A stretch of 63,831 nt of DNA, counting the filler, from Rhabdomonas costata (taxonomy: Eukaryota): assembly GCA_019059605.1 (NCBI GenBank). It is 55 parts of 55 records of this genome, joined end to end, with 100 filler letters (N's around TTAATTAATTAA, not from the genome) between each part and the next. Parts side by side here need not be neighbours in the genome. Positions count along the whole stretch, not along the records: positions 1 to 1,063 come from JAHMHO010030634.1; positions 1,164 to 2,226 come from JAHMHO010030635.1; positions 2,327 to 3,385 come from JAHMHO010030636.1; positions 3,486 to 4,548 come from JAHMHO010030637.1; positions 4,649 to 5,711 come from JAHMHO010030638.1; positions 5,812 to 6,874 come from JAHMHO010030639.1; positions 6,975 to 8,037 come from JAHMHO010030640.1; positions 8,138 to 9,200 come from JAHMHO010030641.1; 47 more parts are not named here. One strand, written 5' to 3'. Below, piece by piece: positions 1 through 11,650 of the stretch. A model generated the notes under the pieces. It made no database searches. It saw nothing but the letters and a program-made list of their open reading frames with translations, and had not been told where the DNA came from. Both the position numbers and the translations under genes were made by a program. How positions within the stretch are numbered: the first letter of the stretch is position 1; each line of letters begins with the position of its first letter.

Positions 1-1063
1 GGGGGGGGGGTGGGACAGTGTATTACTTGCATAAGTTTGCATCTGTCTGCGTGAGTGTTTGCGCGCCAAAGAAAACGACGGAGGAGAAAGGCTAAAACGG
101 GAAGAAAATGGTAAGAAAAGAAAAGGGATCTTAGTCAAGACGCGTGTAGCCTAAATGCTTGCACGGGGGGTCCCTCGGTACTCGGCACTCAAAACCGTAG
201 AAATTTGAGATTTTGAAACGGTCTTCGCAAAGCCGGTCTTCCCTAATCAGAATAATCCCGGTGGCCAGGGAAGTGTCTGGAGTGTCGCGAGGACATCTGT
301 GACCGCGAACTTTGAACGGAAAGAAATTGCAAACTAAACCAGGGGACATGGGAGTCAAGAATAAAAAGAATAAACCACCTTGGTCGGGTTCCCCTGTACC
401 TTCTTCGCGTTCGGAAGTTTCCTGCATTCTTGCAGTGTTTGCAAGCGGATTCAGAGACCGCGATGCGCGGGTCACCCCCCTAGCTTTTTGTGCTTTTGTT
501 CATCATGGTTCATCCAAGCTCGCAGTGATTAAGGGCCTGGGGTGCGACAAAAAAGAAAAAGAAGAAGTCCCGTCCCATAAAGAACTTTCTAAACCAAAAA
601 CAAAATTCCACATCCGCCAAACTATCCCCTTTAGAAGGGTCGAGATTGTGCTAGATGGCGCTTAATGGGCATCCGGGGCTTTTCCATGCCACCAGTCCGA
701 AGATGGACACATCAGAATTAAAGATTGAGCCCGGAAAACTGAAAACTAAAGTTGAAACGCGTCAATATTTCTTTGAATCATTGCTAATGTGTTGACGCCA
801 TAATTACCCGCAAAGATGAGCTTGGTTTTCTCGGTCCGCAATATTCCCTTAAAGATTCAGCTCGAAAAAAGCTAATTTGGTACTGCGTTTGCGAGTTCCA
901 AGGTATTCTCCGGCAGAGCTGGCCGTGTCTTTCTTTGTGCTCACACTTCCCTGCCTGGCCTTCCAGTGAGTAAGGACACCTTTTATTTTTCTTCCTCGGG
1001 CTTTTTCTTTCGCGCACAACAAATTCAAACTTATACAAATATATACACGGTCCCACCAACCCC

Positions 1064-1163
1064 NNNNNNNNNNNNNNNNNNNNNNNNNNNNNNNNNNNNN
1101 NNNNNNNTTAATTAATTAANNNNNNNNNNNNNNNNNNNNNNNNNNNNNNNNNNNNNNNNNNNN
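1064..1163. other. Artificial contig spacer N44-TTAATTAATTAA-N44 (first of ~54, recurring every ~1162 bp to 62769)
   Basis: An identical 100-bp unit separates all ~1060-bp contigs. The 12-mer gives stops in all six frames and produces the '...XXXLIN' ORF ends. Confidence 0.99.
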
Positions 1164-3163
1164 TGGTAGCGCAGCGGGCCCTTGTAGACAAATTCCCTTT
1201 TGCAGAAGCGGCCGCACTTGACCCTTTAACTGTGAAAACGTTTCTAACACACGGAAGGGACATGGATATTCTCTTCCGGCACACGGTCAAAATTTGTGGC
1301 ACGTCACAGACACGCTCAGTTCCACTTTAACTTATGCGTATTCACTGCCGATCCGGCACCACACAGGCTTAGACTCGTTTGCCCAAGCGGGAAATTTGAT
1401 TGGTAGGATTTTTGTTACGTGCCATCAATGAAATTGTGGAGCGACTGCCTCTTTCGAGAACCATTCATAAAAGAGTTTTAAATACGTTCGTGAGGTAGTT
1501 TATGGAACGCCGGGGCGGGCTTGACAGCATTTTAAAGTCCACTGAAAAGGTTACATGAGAGGAAATCAGCGCTGAAGTGTTGAATGCGCGACCTAGAATT
1601 GTAGCCAGGCGCACTATGAAATGTTTTTATTGGCGTTGAATCCGCGTTGCTTACGCAAATTGCGCTAGTTTGTGGATTAAAAAGTTCATGAAAACAGTTT
1701 TTGAAAACGTTAACTGGAGAAAATATTCAGGCCATCCTCTTTTTCACCATCCCGGATGCCTGTTTTTCTGCGCTTCGCCTTTCCAGCTCACGTGTGTGTT
1801 CTCCCCGTTTGTTGCTGTGGTAGTCTTTGGCCTGTGCTTCGGATTACTTTTTTTTTTGTTGCGTCAACAGTTTTGCCATCGGCCATCACAGGATTAATGG
1901 CCATCCATGTTCCCGATGCCGAAAAGCTTCGTATGATGGAAATATGACTTCCCGTGGTAGATGTGAAAGAAAAAACGGAGGGATAGGGCAAAGATACCCC
2001 GCATATGCCAATGGAAACGGCCTGGGATGGCCAACCTAGCCTTCAGCATTGTACCGGCAGAAGGGATGTCGGCGGTGAACGAATAGAAACGGATAGGAAT
2101 TCAACGTGGCATTTCAGATTAAGTTTTGGTTTGGTTACGATGGGGTAAAAACCAGGGTCACCTTAACAAAAATAGCGGCGGCGTTTTTGGGCGGAAGGGG
2201 GACGGATCGGACAAAGGCCATCTCTTNNNNNNNNNNNNNNNNNNNNNNNNNNNNNNNNNNNNNNNNNNNNTTAATTAATTAANNNNNNNNNNNNNNNNNN
2301 NNNNNNNNNNNNNNNNNNNNNNNNNNCCTTGCCTTTCTCCGCTGCGAAGAGTTCGAGTTGGCTGTGGAGCCTGCAGAAGAGGGCGTTGCGCATGCCCCGT
2401 CGGGATCCACAACTTTGTCAGAGCTGCGGTCGCTGAGCCTGAGGGTGTTGAAGGATGCGCATGGACAGGCCTTGCAGGTGCGAAGAGAGCGCTTTCTTTC
2501 TTTCTTACTTTTTTCTTCTTCTTCTTTATTTTTTCTTTTTGGAATTTGGGGTTTTTGCAGTCGCTTTCCGAATCGGAAGGAAGAAGGCGGGCGTAGAATT
2601 TCCAATCGCCGATTTTTTGTATGCTTGAACGCCGAAGTCTGCCGATGTGAGTATGTTTCCTTTTATGTTTCGAGTTGGGAACTTCACGTGCACTGCGGTG
2701 GTGAAGGGTTTGACTTTGTTTTTTTTCATTTGGATTAGGCGGACCTTTCTAATGCTCTTTTTCCTTCCACACATAGGTGCTGCAATGTGCTTTGGCAATG
2801 AGAGAAGAGGGTGTTTCCGCAGGCTTTTACAGTTTGGAAGGACAGTGAGAGCAAGGTGCAAGAGTATCGTTGTCCTCAGGAGCCTGGAAGCCACAACAAG
2901 CCTCTCCCACTGTGGTTTGTTCGATGTTGCAGGAGGGGTGTGTCTACATGGTTTTGGTGCTGCTCGCGGGGGACCCCCGCCAGCCCGAGGACTCGTGGAC
3001 TGTCTGCCTCAAAGCCACCGCGTCTCCATCTTCATCCCCCAACCCCTCGGCGGAGGCCCTTCAATGATGGGTGTGCACTTGTATAGAAACTTTTCCGTTC
3101 TATACCTGTTTTATTCGATTACCTTTGGTTGGCCCTTCTTTTTCTGTGCAGGTGTGGATTCCC

Positions 3164-3385
3164 GGTGTTTGATCTTTTTTTTGTTTTCCAGAGGTCAAAG
3201 AACGATGATAGATGTCAATGGAGGCCATGGTGCCCCCCCGAATACCCCGAAATGTACTACATTAGGGCATAGTTGGTGTATTTGCCTAATGTAGTAATTT
3301 CGGGGTTTCGGGGGGGCACCATGGCCTCCAGTGACATCTATCATCGTTCTTTGACCTCTGGAAAACAAAAAAAAGACCAAACACC
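3164..3385. repeat. ~220-bp imperfect palindrome (hairpin/MITE-like)
   Basis: ggtgtttgatc...gaggtcaaagaacgatgatagatgtcaatggaggccatggtgcccccccgaa... pairs with ...ttcgggggggcaccatggcctccagtgacatctatcatcgttctttgacctc...gaccaaacacc, with a short loop near 3270-3280 and scattered mismatches. Confidence 0.9.
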
Positions 3386-3539
3386 NNNNNNNNNNNNNNN
3401 NNNNNNNNNNNNNNNNNNNNNNNNNNNNNTTAATTAATTAANNNNNNNNNNNNNNNNNNNNNNNNNNNNNNNNNNNNNNNNNNNNGGGGGTGTGGGCGCT
3501 GTACCAGGGCTTCTCCGCGGTACTGGTATTGTCCACCCC

Positions 3540-3781
3540 AGGTCGTACGCGGTGTAGTACACGGCATGCCCCGGGGTGGACAATACCAGTACCGCGGAGA
3601 AGCCCTGGTACAGCGCCCGCACCCCTTCCTGCCGCAGCACGGTGCGCAGCCCAGAGACGAGCCCCGGTGCTCGGCCAGCCTGGATCCGAGCCCGAAGGGT
3701 GTCAATGGGGTGTGTGGCGAGGTCCGCGAGAACCCCGGCCAGACCCCCGCAGAGCAGGAGGGTGTCCGCAGTGGCGGACAT
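3540..3781 (-). CDS. Mitochondrial carrier (SLC25) family protein, N-terminal part
   Basis: MSATADTLLLCGGLAGVLADLATHPIDTLRARIQ...QEGVRALYQG contains the Px[DE]xx[KR]x[RK]xQ signature and the EGxxxxYxG motif. The 3' end is replaced by a fold-back copy. Confidence 0.92.
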
Positions 3782-4648
3782 CAGAGGGGAGCGGAGGGGG
3801 GCACTGATGTAGGGGAGGGGTCACCCCAAAGATCGACAGGCAACCTCACCCTTCTGCATATTTCCCTCACAATGGTGCTGTGAGAGCCAAAGACCGGAGA
3901 CATCACGGAGATTAGTGCGCACACTGGGTACGCGTGTAAAAGAATGTGAAAGACACCCTGTGAATCACTGACGCAATCGGGAGGCATTCGATTTTGTATT
4001 CCCAATTCCCAAAGGAATGTGGTCACATTGGAAAATCTGGTGCTGCCTGCCCAAATGAGTTGAGGCAACTATATCCAGCGTGAGCAAACTGCCTTGGTAC
4101 TCACTGGAAGAAACAAGCTACTGCAAGATGTACCGAGCTCCAAAAAGCGCGAAATATCTACTGCGGAGGCACGTGGCGCACTGGCCACAGTTAAACATTG
4201 GTTTGAGAGGAATCCAGAGGAAATGCAATCAAACAGAAGAAAAGACACTGCCGCAGTGAACACAAAAGAAAGAAAAGAGGAAGCAACCAAGCACAGCAGA
4301 CCTACAGGACAAAACATTGTTGCCCGTTACACGAGACTGCTCAGTTGCCAGGGGACGCGGAGCAGAGGAGCCGTGACTGACTGACTCCATAATACAGCAG
4401 CGCCCAAACTCAGGGGCGCACACAGCTGGAAAGCTGGAAACAAAATATCCCCAAAGACCGAAAGAATAAATGAGAAATGATGCCAATATAAGAGCATCGT
4501 GCATGGAAGGGGATAAAAATGTAGCATTCATAGCAGTGCCACACAACCNNNNNNNNNNNNNNNNNNNNNNNNNNNNNNNNNNNNNNNNNNNNTTAATTAA
4601 TTAANNNNNNNNNNNNNNNNNNNNNNNNNNNNNNNNNNNNNNNNNNNN

Positions 4649-5712
4649 TGCCAAGGAATCTGCTGCCATTGTGGACCAGCTGAGTTTGATTTCAACCGCG
4701 TTCCATTCATGTAGTGGCAGCCAGCGTTCAGAATTTGGTACAGGCTTAGTCGAGTAGCAAGCAGTGTATTGCATATTTACGACCACAGGGCCGTCTGTAA
4801 GTTGCGCCATTGGTTTAGGACAACACAAGGCAAATTCCCAAAGGAAAGCAAAGAAGAGCAAAGTCAATCTGACCCAAGGCCCAAAAGAGCCTGGGAGAAA
4901 GCCAAAACGCCTCGGGCTAAGCTAGAGTTCGCTCTGAACATGCGTTCGCCACATTCCCTAAGCCGTACGACAAGCACTACCCGCAACACTCCACAAACAT
5001 GCGGCATCAGGACTAGTGGACCTAGACCGCCAGTAGAGAGTGGCTTCTGCACCTTTCTGGTCGCAAATGGAGCAAGAGCTCAATTCTAAAGGTGATGGCT
5101 CTCAGAGACACAGACACTTCCAAAGGTACCACGGACTTGAAATACACAACCAGACAGTGGAATGCAAAGGGCTGGACTTACGCCCTCTACAACTTCTCTT
5201 CGTGACTCTGGTACTTCTTGCATACGGTGCGGAATTACTTGTCTTACACAGGGCGCTGGCCAATGAGACCGCCCATTTTTACTGCGCTCCTCTGGTACCA
5301 TCTCCATACAGTCTCTCTGGGGGACCCACCACCGCCGCATCACCCATTATGAGACTGGTCTCAAGGGGACGGACATCGGCCGTGTTACCACAACGTGTTG
5401 GGGCGGACCACCAGGTACCTCTATCGGTGATCTGCGTAGTTCTTAAAGGCTTTCTTGGTGGCGTCAAACAATTAGCACTGGTACATAGTCCCGTCGATCT
5501 TTTCCAGTGGACAAGAGGACAAAGTGAGGCAACAAGTACAGACATGTATCAACCGGCTGAAGTCTGAGTGGGCAGTGGCCCTGCAGGAGCTGAGTTACTG
5601 GAACAAATACAAGCTGCGAGAGATTCTTGACTGGATTCAAGCAAACTTTCCAGCCAGGAAGATGAAGGCTAACCTGATTTCTGTGGAAACGGCCATCATC
5701 TATGAACTCAAN
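4649..5712 (+). pseudogene. Intronless frameshifted coding remnant, probably transposon- or virus-derived, family unassigned
   Basis: Protein-like segments in shifting frames across the contig (e.g. RAWEKAKTPRAKLEFALNMR; CINRLKSEWAVALQELSYWNKYKLREILDWIQANFP) with no evident splice signals. Confidence 0.3.
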
Positions 5713-6532
5713 NNNNNNNNNNNNNNNNNNNNNNNNNNNNNNNNNNNNNNNNNNNTTAATTAATTAANNNNNNNNNNNNNNNNNNNNNNNNNNNNNNNNN
5801 NNNNNNNNNNNGTTGGGGGTGGGGGACTGCACAGTGAGAAGCGGCTTCATCACTGGCTTCATGTGTGAGTGGTGGTTTTTACAAAGCAAAGCGGGGGAAA
5901 ACGGGAAGAGGGAACGGGACAAAAAGCAACGTCGTTGGGGAAGGGTGGTCCAAGGTACTAAGCGTAGACAGAGTTGTTTTTACTGATCAGAAGGAGGCAA
6001 GAAGACAATAAAGCACTGCAAGTTGCCCACCCAAAAACGTCACGCGTCACCGAATGGAGAACCCTGCAAGAAAGCAGGTACGGAGCGGGGGTCTTTTTTA
6101 AAATGCCCTCCGAATGATTTCTGAATGATGCACAATGTCGTGGTTGGCAAGTTTGGATTGCAATACCTCATTGAATCCCTGCCATCAGCCCATTTTTATT
6201 CCAAAACGTTAGAAAAACGGACGCAAAGCATATGTTGACTGCGGGAACAAAAAAAGACTTGACTCAACACAAGCTTTCAGACCAAAGGGTAGAAAAGAGC
6301 AAAGGTGAGCGTGCAATGTATCGCAGCGATGAATCATCGCAAGTTGCGCCAAAACGAAAAACGCACAAAGCAAGCCATGGACACTGTGCCTACAACTGCG
6401 CCTTCTCCCAAGGGCTCGCGGCAGCAGCAGTCGCGTCCTCAGAATGCCCCCCAAGTCACCACTGGCAACAACCTTACCGCCCACCGCACAACACTACCAC
6501 TGGCGACAACCACACCGCCGCCAGCACCGTGC

Positions 6533-6650
6533 CCTGCCGCAAGTCCCAAACCGCCGCTCCAGTGGGTCCGCAAATACCACTTGATTCACGGACTCCGTGT
6601 GCCCAGAAAGCGTCACCGTTCGCTGAACGTCCCATTCAGCCCGACAGCAC
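6533..6650 (-). CDS. WD40-repeat protein exon
   Basis: tcacag| acceptor followed by CCRAEWDVQRTVTLSGHTESVNQVVFADPLERRFGTCGR, a WD40-like LxGHxxxVxxVxF pattern. Confidence 0.65.
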
Positions 6651-7052
6651 CTGTGACATGATGGCAGGTTTTGCCCAAGCAAGAAACAAGGCAAAAGGCG
6701 ACAAAGAAAACACCGCCCAAAAGGGGGGGCAAGGGCAGCTATCGGGGCTAAACTGCACTGAAGAAACTCAAGCGTTGTGCTGGCGAGGGTGCAACGCGTT
6801 GTCAACCTCGCAACTCAAGGTCTAAAGAGGTATCTTTCGCAAAGAAAAGTTCACATGTGAGGAAAGATGAAGACNNNNNNNNNNNNNNNNNNNNNNNNNN
6901 NNNNNNNNNNNNNNNNNNTTAATTAATTAANNNNNNNNNNNNNNNNNNNNNNNNNNNNNNNNNNNNNNNNNNNNTTGTTGGGTTTGGAACGCGGAACAGG
7001 TGTGCAATCTTTGGGTGGTAAATTTGTTTTACGACTTCACATGCATTTCCAG

Positions 7053-7771
7053 CGACGCCTCGGTGCTGTGCAAGGATGATGACATGGCCAGTGGCATTCT
7101 GCAGGCCGTGCGCCAGGCAGCCGGGACTCACCTGGAACGCGATTGGATCGACTTGACCGAGTTCACGGAGGTCGCACAGATGCTCTCGTCGAGCTCGCAG
7201 GCGGGCATTGCTATGGAACGCGGCCAAGACGAAACGGTTGCCGCCTCTGTCTCCCTGCGAGATGGAGTTGCTTTTGTACAATGTCTTTTGTCTGTGTCTC
7301 CTCCCTTTTTGTTTCACGGTTTCCTATGCTATCCTTATTCAAGTTGGTTCGGTTGGTGCTCGTGTCAGTTTTCTCGTTCTTCTTAGGTGATGGGGGCGAC
7401 CTCTGCACCTAAGCGATCGATATTCTTGAAGTTCTTGAGGGGGCTGTGCCGGCGCCACCGGAACCAGCAAGAAGATGAGGTCCTTCACTTTACTCCACCT
7501 GTTTATAGGATGCGCTCGTTTGGGGTCGTTGCTATTCTTTTTGATTTCTTTGTTGCACCTTCAGCTGTACTCCACAGTGAAGCCGACGACGAAGCTGGTG
7601 ATGGTGATGGCGGCGATGACTCTGGTGATGTGTCTGTCGGTCGCGGGGACAGCGATCGGGTTAGACTTCAATAATGCCATTCGCAGCCAGCAGGAGAGCA
7701 TGCAGAAGGAGCTGGAGCTTGTGCAGACCGCCGTGGAAAGCTTCACGGTGACGCAAGCTCGGCAGCAAGCG
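7053..7771 (+). CDS. Three exons of a membrane protein (transmembrane helix followed by coiled coil; receptor-like)
   Basis: Exons ~7053-7200, 7387-7479 and 7565-7771 join in phase 0. Hydrophobic LVMVMAAMTLVMCLSVAGTAIGL is followed by QQESMQKELELVQTAVE. Confidence 0.6.
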
Positions 7772-9300
7772 GTATCTCTTTCCTTCATTTGGGCCGGGTT
7801 GAGTTAGGTTTACTGTGGTGTGCCCCAATTATTTCGGGATCGAGGCTTCTATGAACCCTTTGGGATGGTACTCCCAACGCAAATGCACCCCAAGGCGACA
7901 TTTGGGCATGAATTCAGGGCATTTCAACGTTCGAATAAGACATTTTCGAATCTCGAGGATCCTGGATAGTGGGTGCGTGGCGCCTGAGGTTTTTGGTGTC
8001 TGAGGGGGTCACTGGGTGGTGAATGTAACCACACACANNNNNNNNNNNNNNNNNNNNNNNNNNNNNNNNNNNNNNNNNNNNTTAATTAATTAANNNNNNN
8101 NNNNNNNNNNNNNNNNNNNNNNNNNNNNNNNNNNNNNGGGGTGGGTGGGTGGAACGTCCTGATGATAATGCTAATCTCACAAGATTAGCAAGATGAGCAA
8201 GGGCATAGCACACGACGAGTTCAACATCATAAACTGGCACACAATTGCGGATAGTTCTAATGTACATCAAAACGTACCGGCACATCACCAGAAGCAAAAA
8301 TACTCCAGTTGCTGCCGCGCGGGACCTCAATCAGATCAAACCAAGAAGATGTTGGACAAGCGGAAAAACATGACGCAAAACAGGTCACGGGTGTAGGCGC
8401 GGAATGTTATCAAAGGCAACAGGCAAGGATGATTTTGTTCAGTTGCTCGTTTACCAATTTCTGCCAGCGAACATCGAGATACGATTGCTTTGGGAGCTGC
8501 CCCCACCACGGCCACCATCCAACAGGAACCGCTGAACCACGGCACACACTCGCACCGCATTTTTCTTCACAATATATCCCCAAATCAACTCAGTGCCACC
8601 ACTGTCTCGTTTTCTGCTTCTAATGCCCGTTCACTACTTACGCGCGCGCAACTTTCCAGGATATGCTGTGCATCGCCGAGATGAAACAAAGTGCGGGAGA
8701 GCAATGATTTTAAGCAAATAGTAGAAGACGGTAATCTCGGGAATACACCGTATGAGCCATACAAAACTCCAAGTGGTGCTTTCCAAGCCCGGTCCGCGAA
8801 ACAACACCGAGCCGAAAAGAAGCACTCCTGGTCCTGAGCAGGGCAGAAGCTCATCGCAGAGGAAGTCGTGAAGATGTAATTGCAGTACGTTGGCGACCCT
8901 GGGGAGGGGAGCACATCAGAAAGGGCGCATGCCTGGTGCCCGGAACGCAACCCTCCCACCGCAAAACAATAAGACAACGCAAACAAAAACGGGGGCACGT
9001 AAAAAAGCAACAGCAGTGCAAGTTGAGCCCCGAAACCCACGAAAATTACAGCAGCGTGGGCACGGAGCTTGTGTCTAAAACGGCAAAAAGGCAGCCTCCC
9101 ACTCTCCTCTTCACCCCCAAAACGTCCATCTCCCGATGCGCCCCTCCAAAAACCCGCTTGTCTCTCACCTCACCTGTCCTCGCCCAACACCCCCACCACA
9201 NNNNNNNNNNNNNNNNNNNNNNNNNNNNNNNNNNNNNNNNNNNNTTAATTAATTAANNNNNNNNNNNNNNNNNNNNNNNNNNNNNNNNNNNNNNNNNNNN

Positions 9301-9480
9301 TTTGAATGGATTATAGACCAAGATTTTAAATGCTATTTATACAACAAAGAATTTGACTTGGAAATTGAAGATGGACATGTGAGTTCAGATTTAAGCGTTG
9401 ATAGAATAAACAATAAAATATATCATAGTAAACCCAATTGTAAATTATTTTGTGTAGATTGCAATAGGAAAAAGAAGTGA
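9301..9480 (+). CDS. HNH-type endonuclease domain, C-terminal 59 aa (not in ORF track)
   Basis: The frame from 9301 reads FEWIIDQDFKCYLYNKEFDLEIEDGHVSSDLSVDRINNKIYHSKPNCKLFCVDCNRKKK*, matching the DR-x-x-N...H...N...CxxCN HNH pattern. It is intronless and very AT-rich, unlike host exons. Confidence 0.8.
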   Translation, partial: FEWIIDQDFKCYLYNKEFDLEIEDGHVSSDLSVDRINNKIYHSKPNCKLFCVDCNRKKK

Positions 9481-10160
9481 ATATTCATACTTCATCAAAA
9501 TGATATAAAATTTAATACGAAATATTTTATAGGATTTTCATATTATGAATGCACTGGGTGTTCTCTATAAGTGTTAGAGATTATGAATGGACTGGGTGGA
9601 ATTCGGATTTTTGTGACCACGTTTTATAAATGTGAAAAAACGAACAAATGCGGCACCTCACAGTACCGCTAGGTCCGCGAGCGGGACCGGAGATCAGTTC
9701 AGGAGACCCCAACAAAAAACTACCTCCACCCAAACAAACCTATCAAGCAAAAAAGTGGTTTTGCTCATGCCGTTCCAAACACAGCTTGAGCGCGTTTACT
9801 TACGTTGCAGAGCGGCAGGCCCTGCGAAGTACCATCGCCATGAAGGAGGGGGATGGATCAGGATGCCTTCGGAGATCTTCAGTTTGGAAGGCGCCAAGAG
9901 AAGTGAGGGAGGGAGGGAGAGAGGAGAGTGCAGCATCCCGCTGCTGAAACCAATGCCGACGTACAGGGAGGCGACGATTATTGAAAAGCTTTTATGAAAT
10001 ATTTTATGGCAAATATTTCTGAAATTATTGTTTTGAATTTTTTGTGATTTTTTTCGGCTGAGAATAGGCACACCTTCTGAAAATGTTCGGAGAGAAAAAA
10101 GACCGGTTGTGGTGTGTGTAGAGTTGTTGTTGAATGTGGGCATGGTATACTACTACTACT
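9301..10160. mobile_element. Putative terminus of a Polinton/Maverick-like element or endogenous Polinton-like virus
   Basis: AT-rich HNH ORF, then ~680 bp of non-coding sequence ending in ACTACTACTACT (10149-10160), the reverse complement of the (AGT)n termini typical of Polintons. Confidence 0.55.
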
Positions 10161-10862
10161 ATAATATAATTATATAATCTTATTCCGGAATGTGGAAGGC
10201 ATTTGATTATATGGGTAATTTTTATTTACAGAAAATGAGGTTCTATTATTAGTAAATTCCGCAGCAAATGGCATTTCACACGGTTAGCGTGAATAGCGTC
10301 AATCGAGTGAAGGCTTAGTTTCCACTGATGTGTAATCTACGCTGATACAGCTATGTTTTGGANNNNNNNNNNNNNNNNNNNNNNNNNNNNNNNNNNNNNN
10401 NNNNNNTTAATTAATTAANNNNNNNNNNNNNNNNNNNNNNNNNNNNNNNNNNNNNNNNNNNNGTTTGTTTTGATCTTCCTGTGTTGAACTTACCGTGTGA
10501 TCTGTGATTCCCTACAGGTGAAAGTTTCCATCGATGATTATTCACTTCAGTAGAAAAGAATGCAAACTGTGATCACACACAGAAGAAGTTCTCGAGTTGG
10601 AATTTGTTAACTGAAATCAAATGGGAAAAAACCCAGAGTAGATCCTGGAGACCGGACTCTGGAACTGGTAGCAGAGGTTTTGTTTCGACCTGCGCCCACC
10701 CCCAAGGAAACCAAGTGAAGTTTGTTTTGCAAAAAGCACCATTGTTTCCAACAACGTGAAGTAATAGGATTGGTACAGTGGAAAAATTGTTTAAAAACAA
10801 TATCGCTAAATCCAATAAAAACTCACAGTACACATAGTTGTATGGAATAGAAACAAAGAACA

Positions 10863-11525
10863 ATGAGCGGTAACAAACGTGAAGGAGGAACACCAAACCA
10901 TGCGGGATTATCTACAAGACCTCAGGTACCTCAGACAGCGCCACTATCGCATGAATTCACACCAGGCATACTGGGACAAGCCATGACACTAATGACACAA
11001 AACCAAACAGCCATAATGAACATGATGCAAAATTTCGTGCAAGTTACGGGAAATATATCCACACCGTCACCTGCTTTCACCAGCATAAAAACGCAGAAGC
11101 AGAAACCTACGGAAGCTTCAAGAAGAAAACCAGAATTCGAAGTGTGTGATTTGAAACTTGGGCACTTTCTGAATGTCTCTTCCGAGTCGAGAAACTAAAG
11201 CAATATCGACTAGATCATACCACGTCGCAATTAGATACGCAAAGATAGCATTGGGTGACTGGGGACGAAGCCTTTTGTCAGGACGCATTTGCCTTGTGGA
11301 ACAGTATCACCGACCTGCAAAAAGCCCACTGCTTCTCCAAGTACTACCACCACCAGATCCTACAGGAATTGCAAACAAATGTGAGCATGAAAAACGGCCA
11401 TTTCCAAGCGCGAAGGCTAAATTCAAAACCATGGTCTAGTGTCTCCATGAGTACGGAACCGGAATGCTTGAAAGATGGATGGCGCACAGGGTCGCACAAC
11501 GGAACCCTCAGACACACCAAACCCC
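10863..11525 (+). pseudogene. Degenerate gag-like ORF of a retroelement (tentative)
   Basis: Intronless ORFs 10863-11198 and 11255 onward are broken by stops and frameshifts. A low-complexity Q/M/T-rich N-terminus resembles gag leaders, but there is no diagnostic motif. Confidence 0.25.
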
Positions 11526-11650
11526 NNNNNNNNNNNNNNNNNNNNNNNNNNNNNNNNNNNNNNNNNNNNTTAATTAATTAANNNNNNNNNNNNNNNNNNN
11601 NNNNNNNNNNNNNNNNNNNNNNNNNGGTGGTTTTGTCTCGTACATTACAG

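Noticed and set aside
3494-3618. Perfect 46-bp inverted repeat in the carrier gene
   Set aside because: It lies at a contig edge and replaces coding sequence with an exact inverted copy of the upstream exon, i.e. a fold-back amplification chimera.
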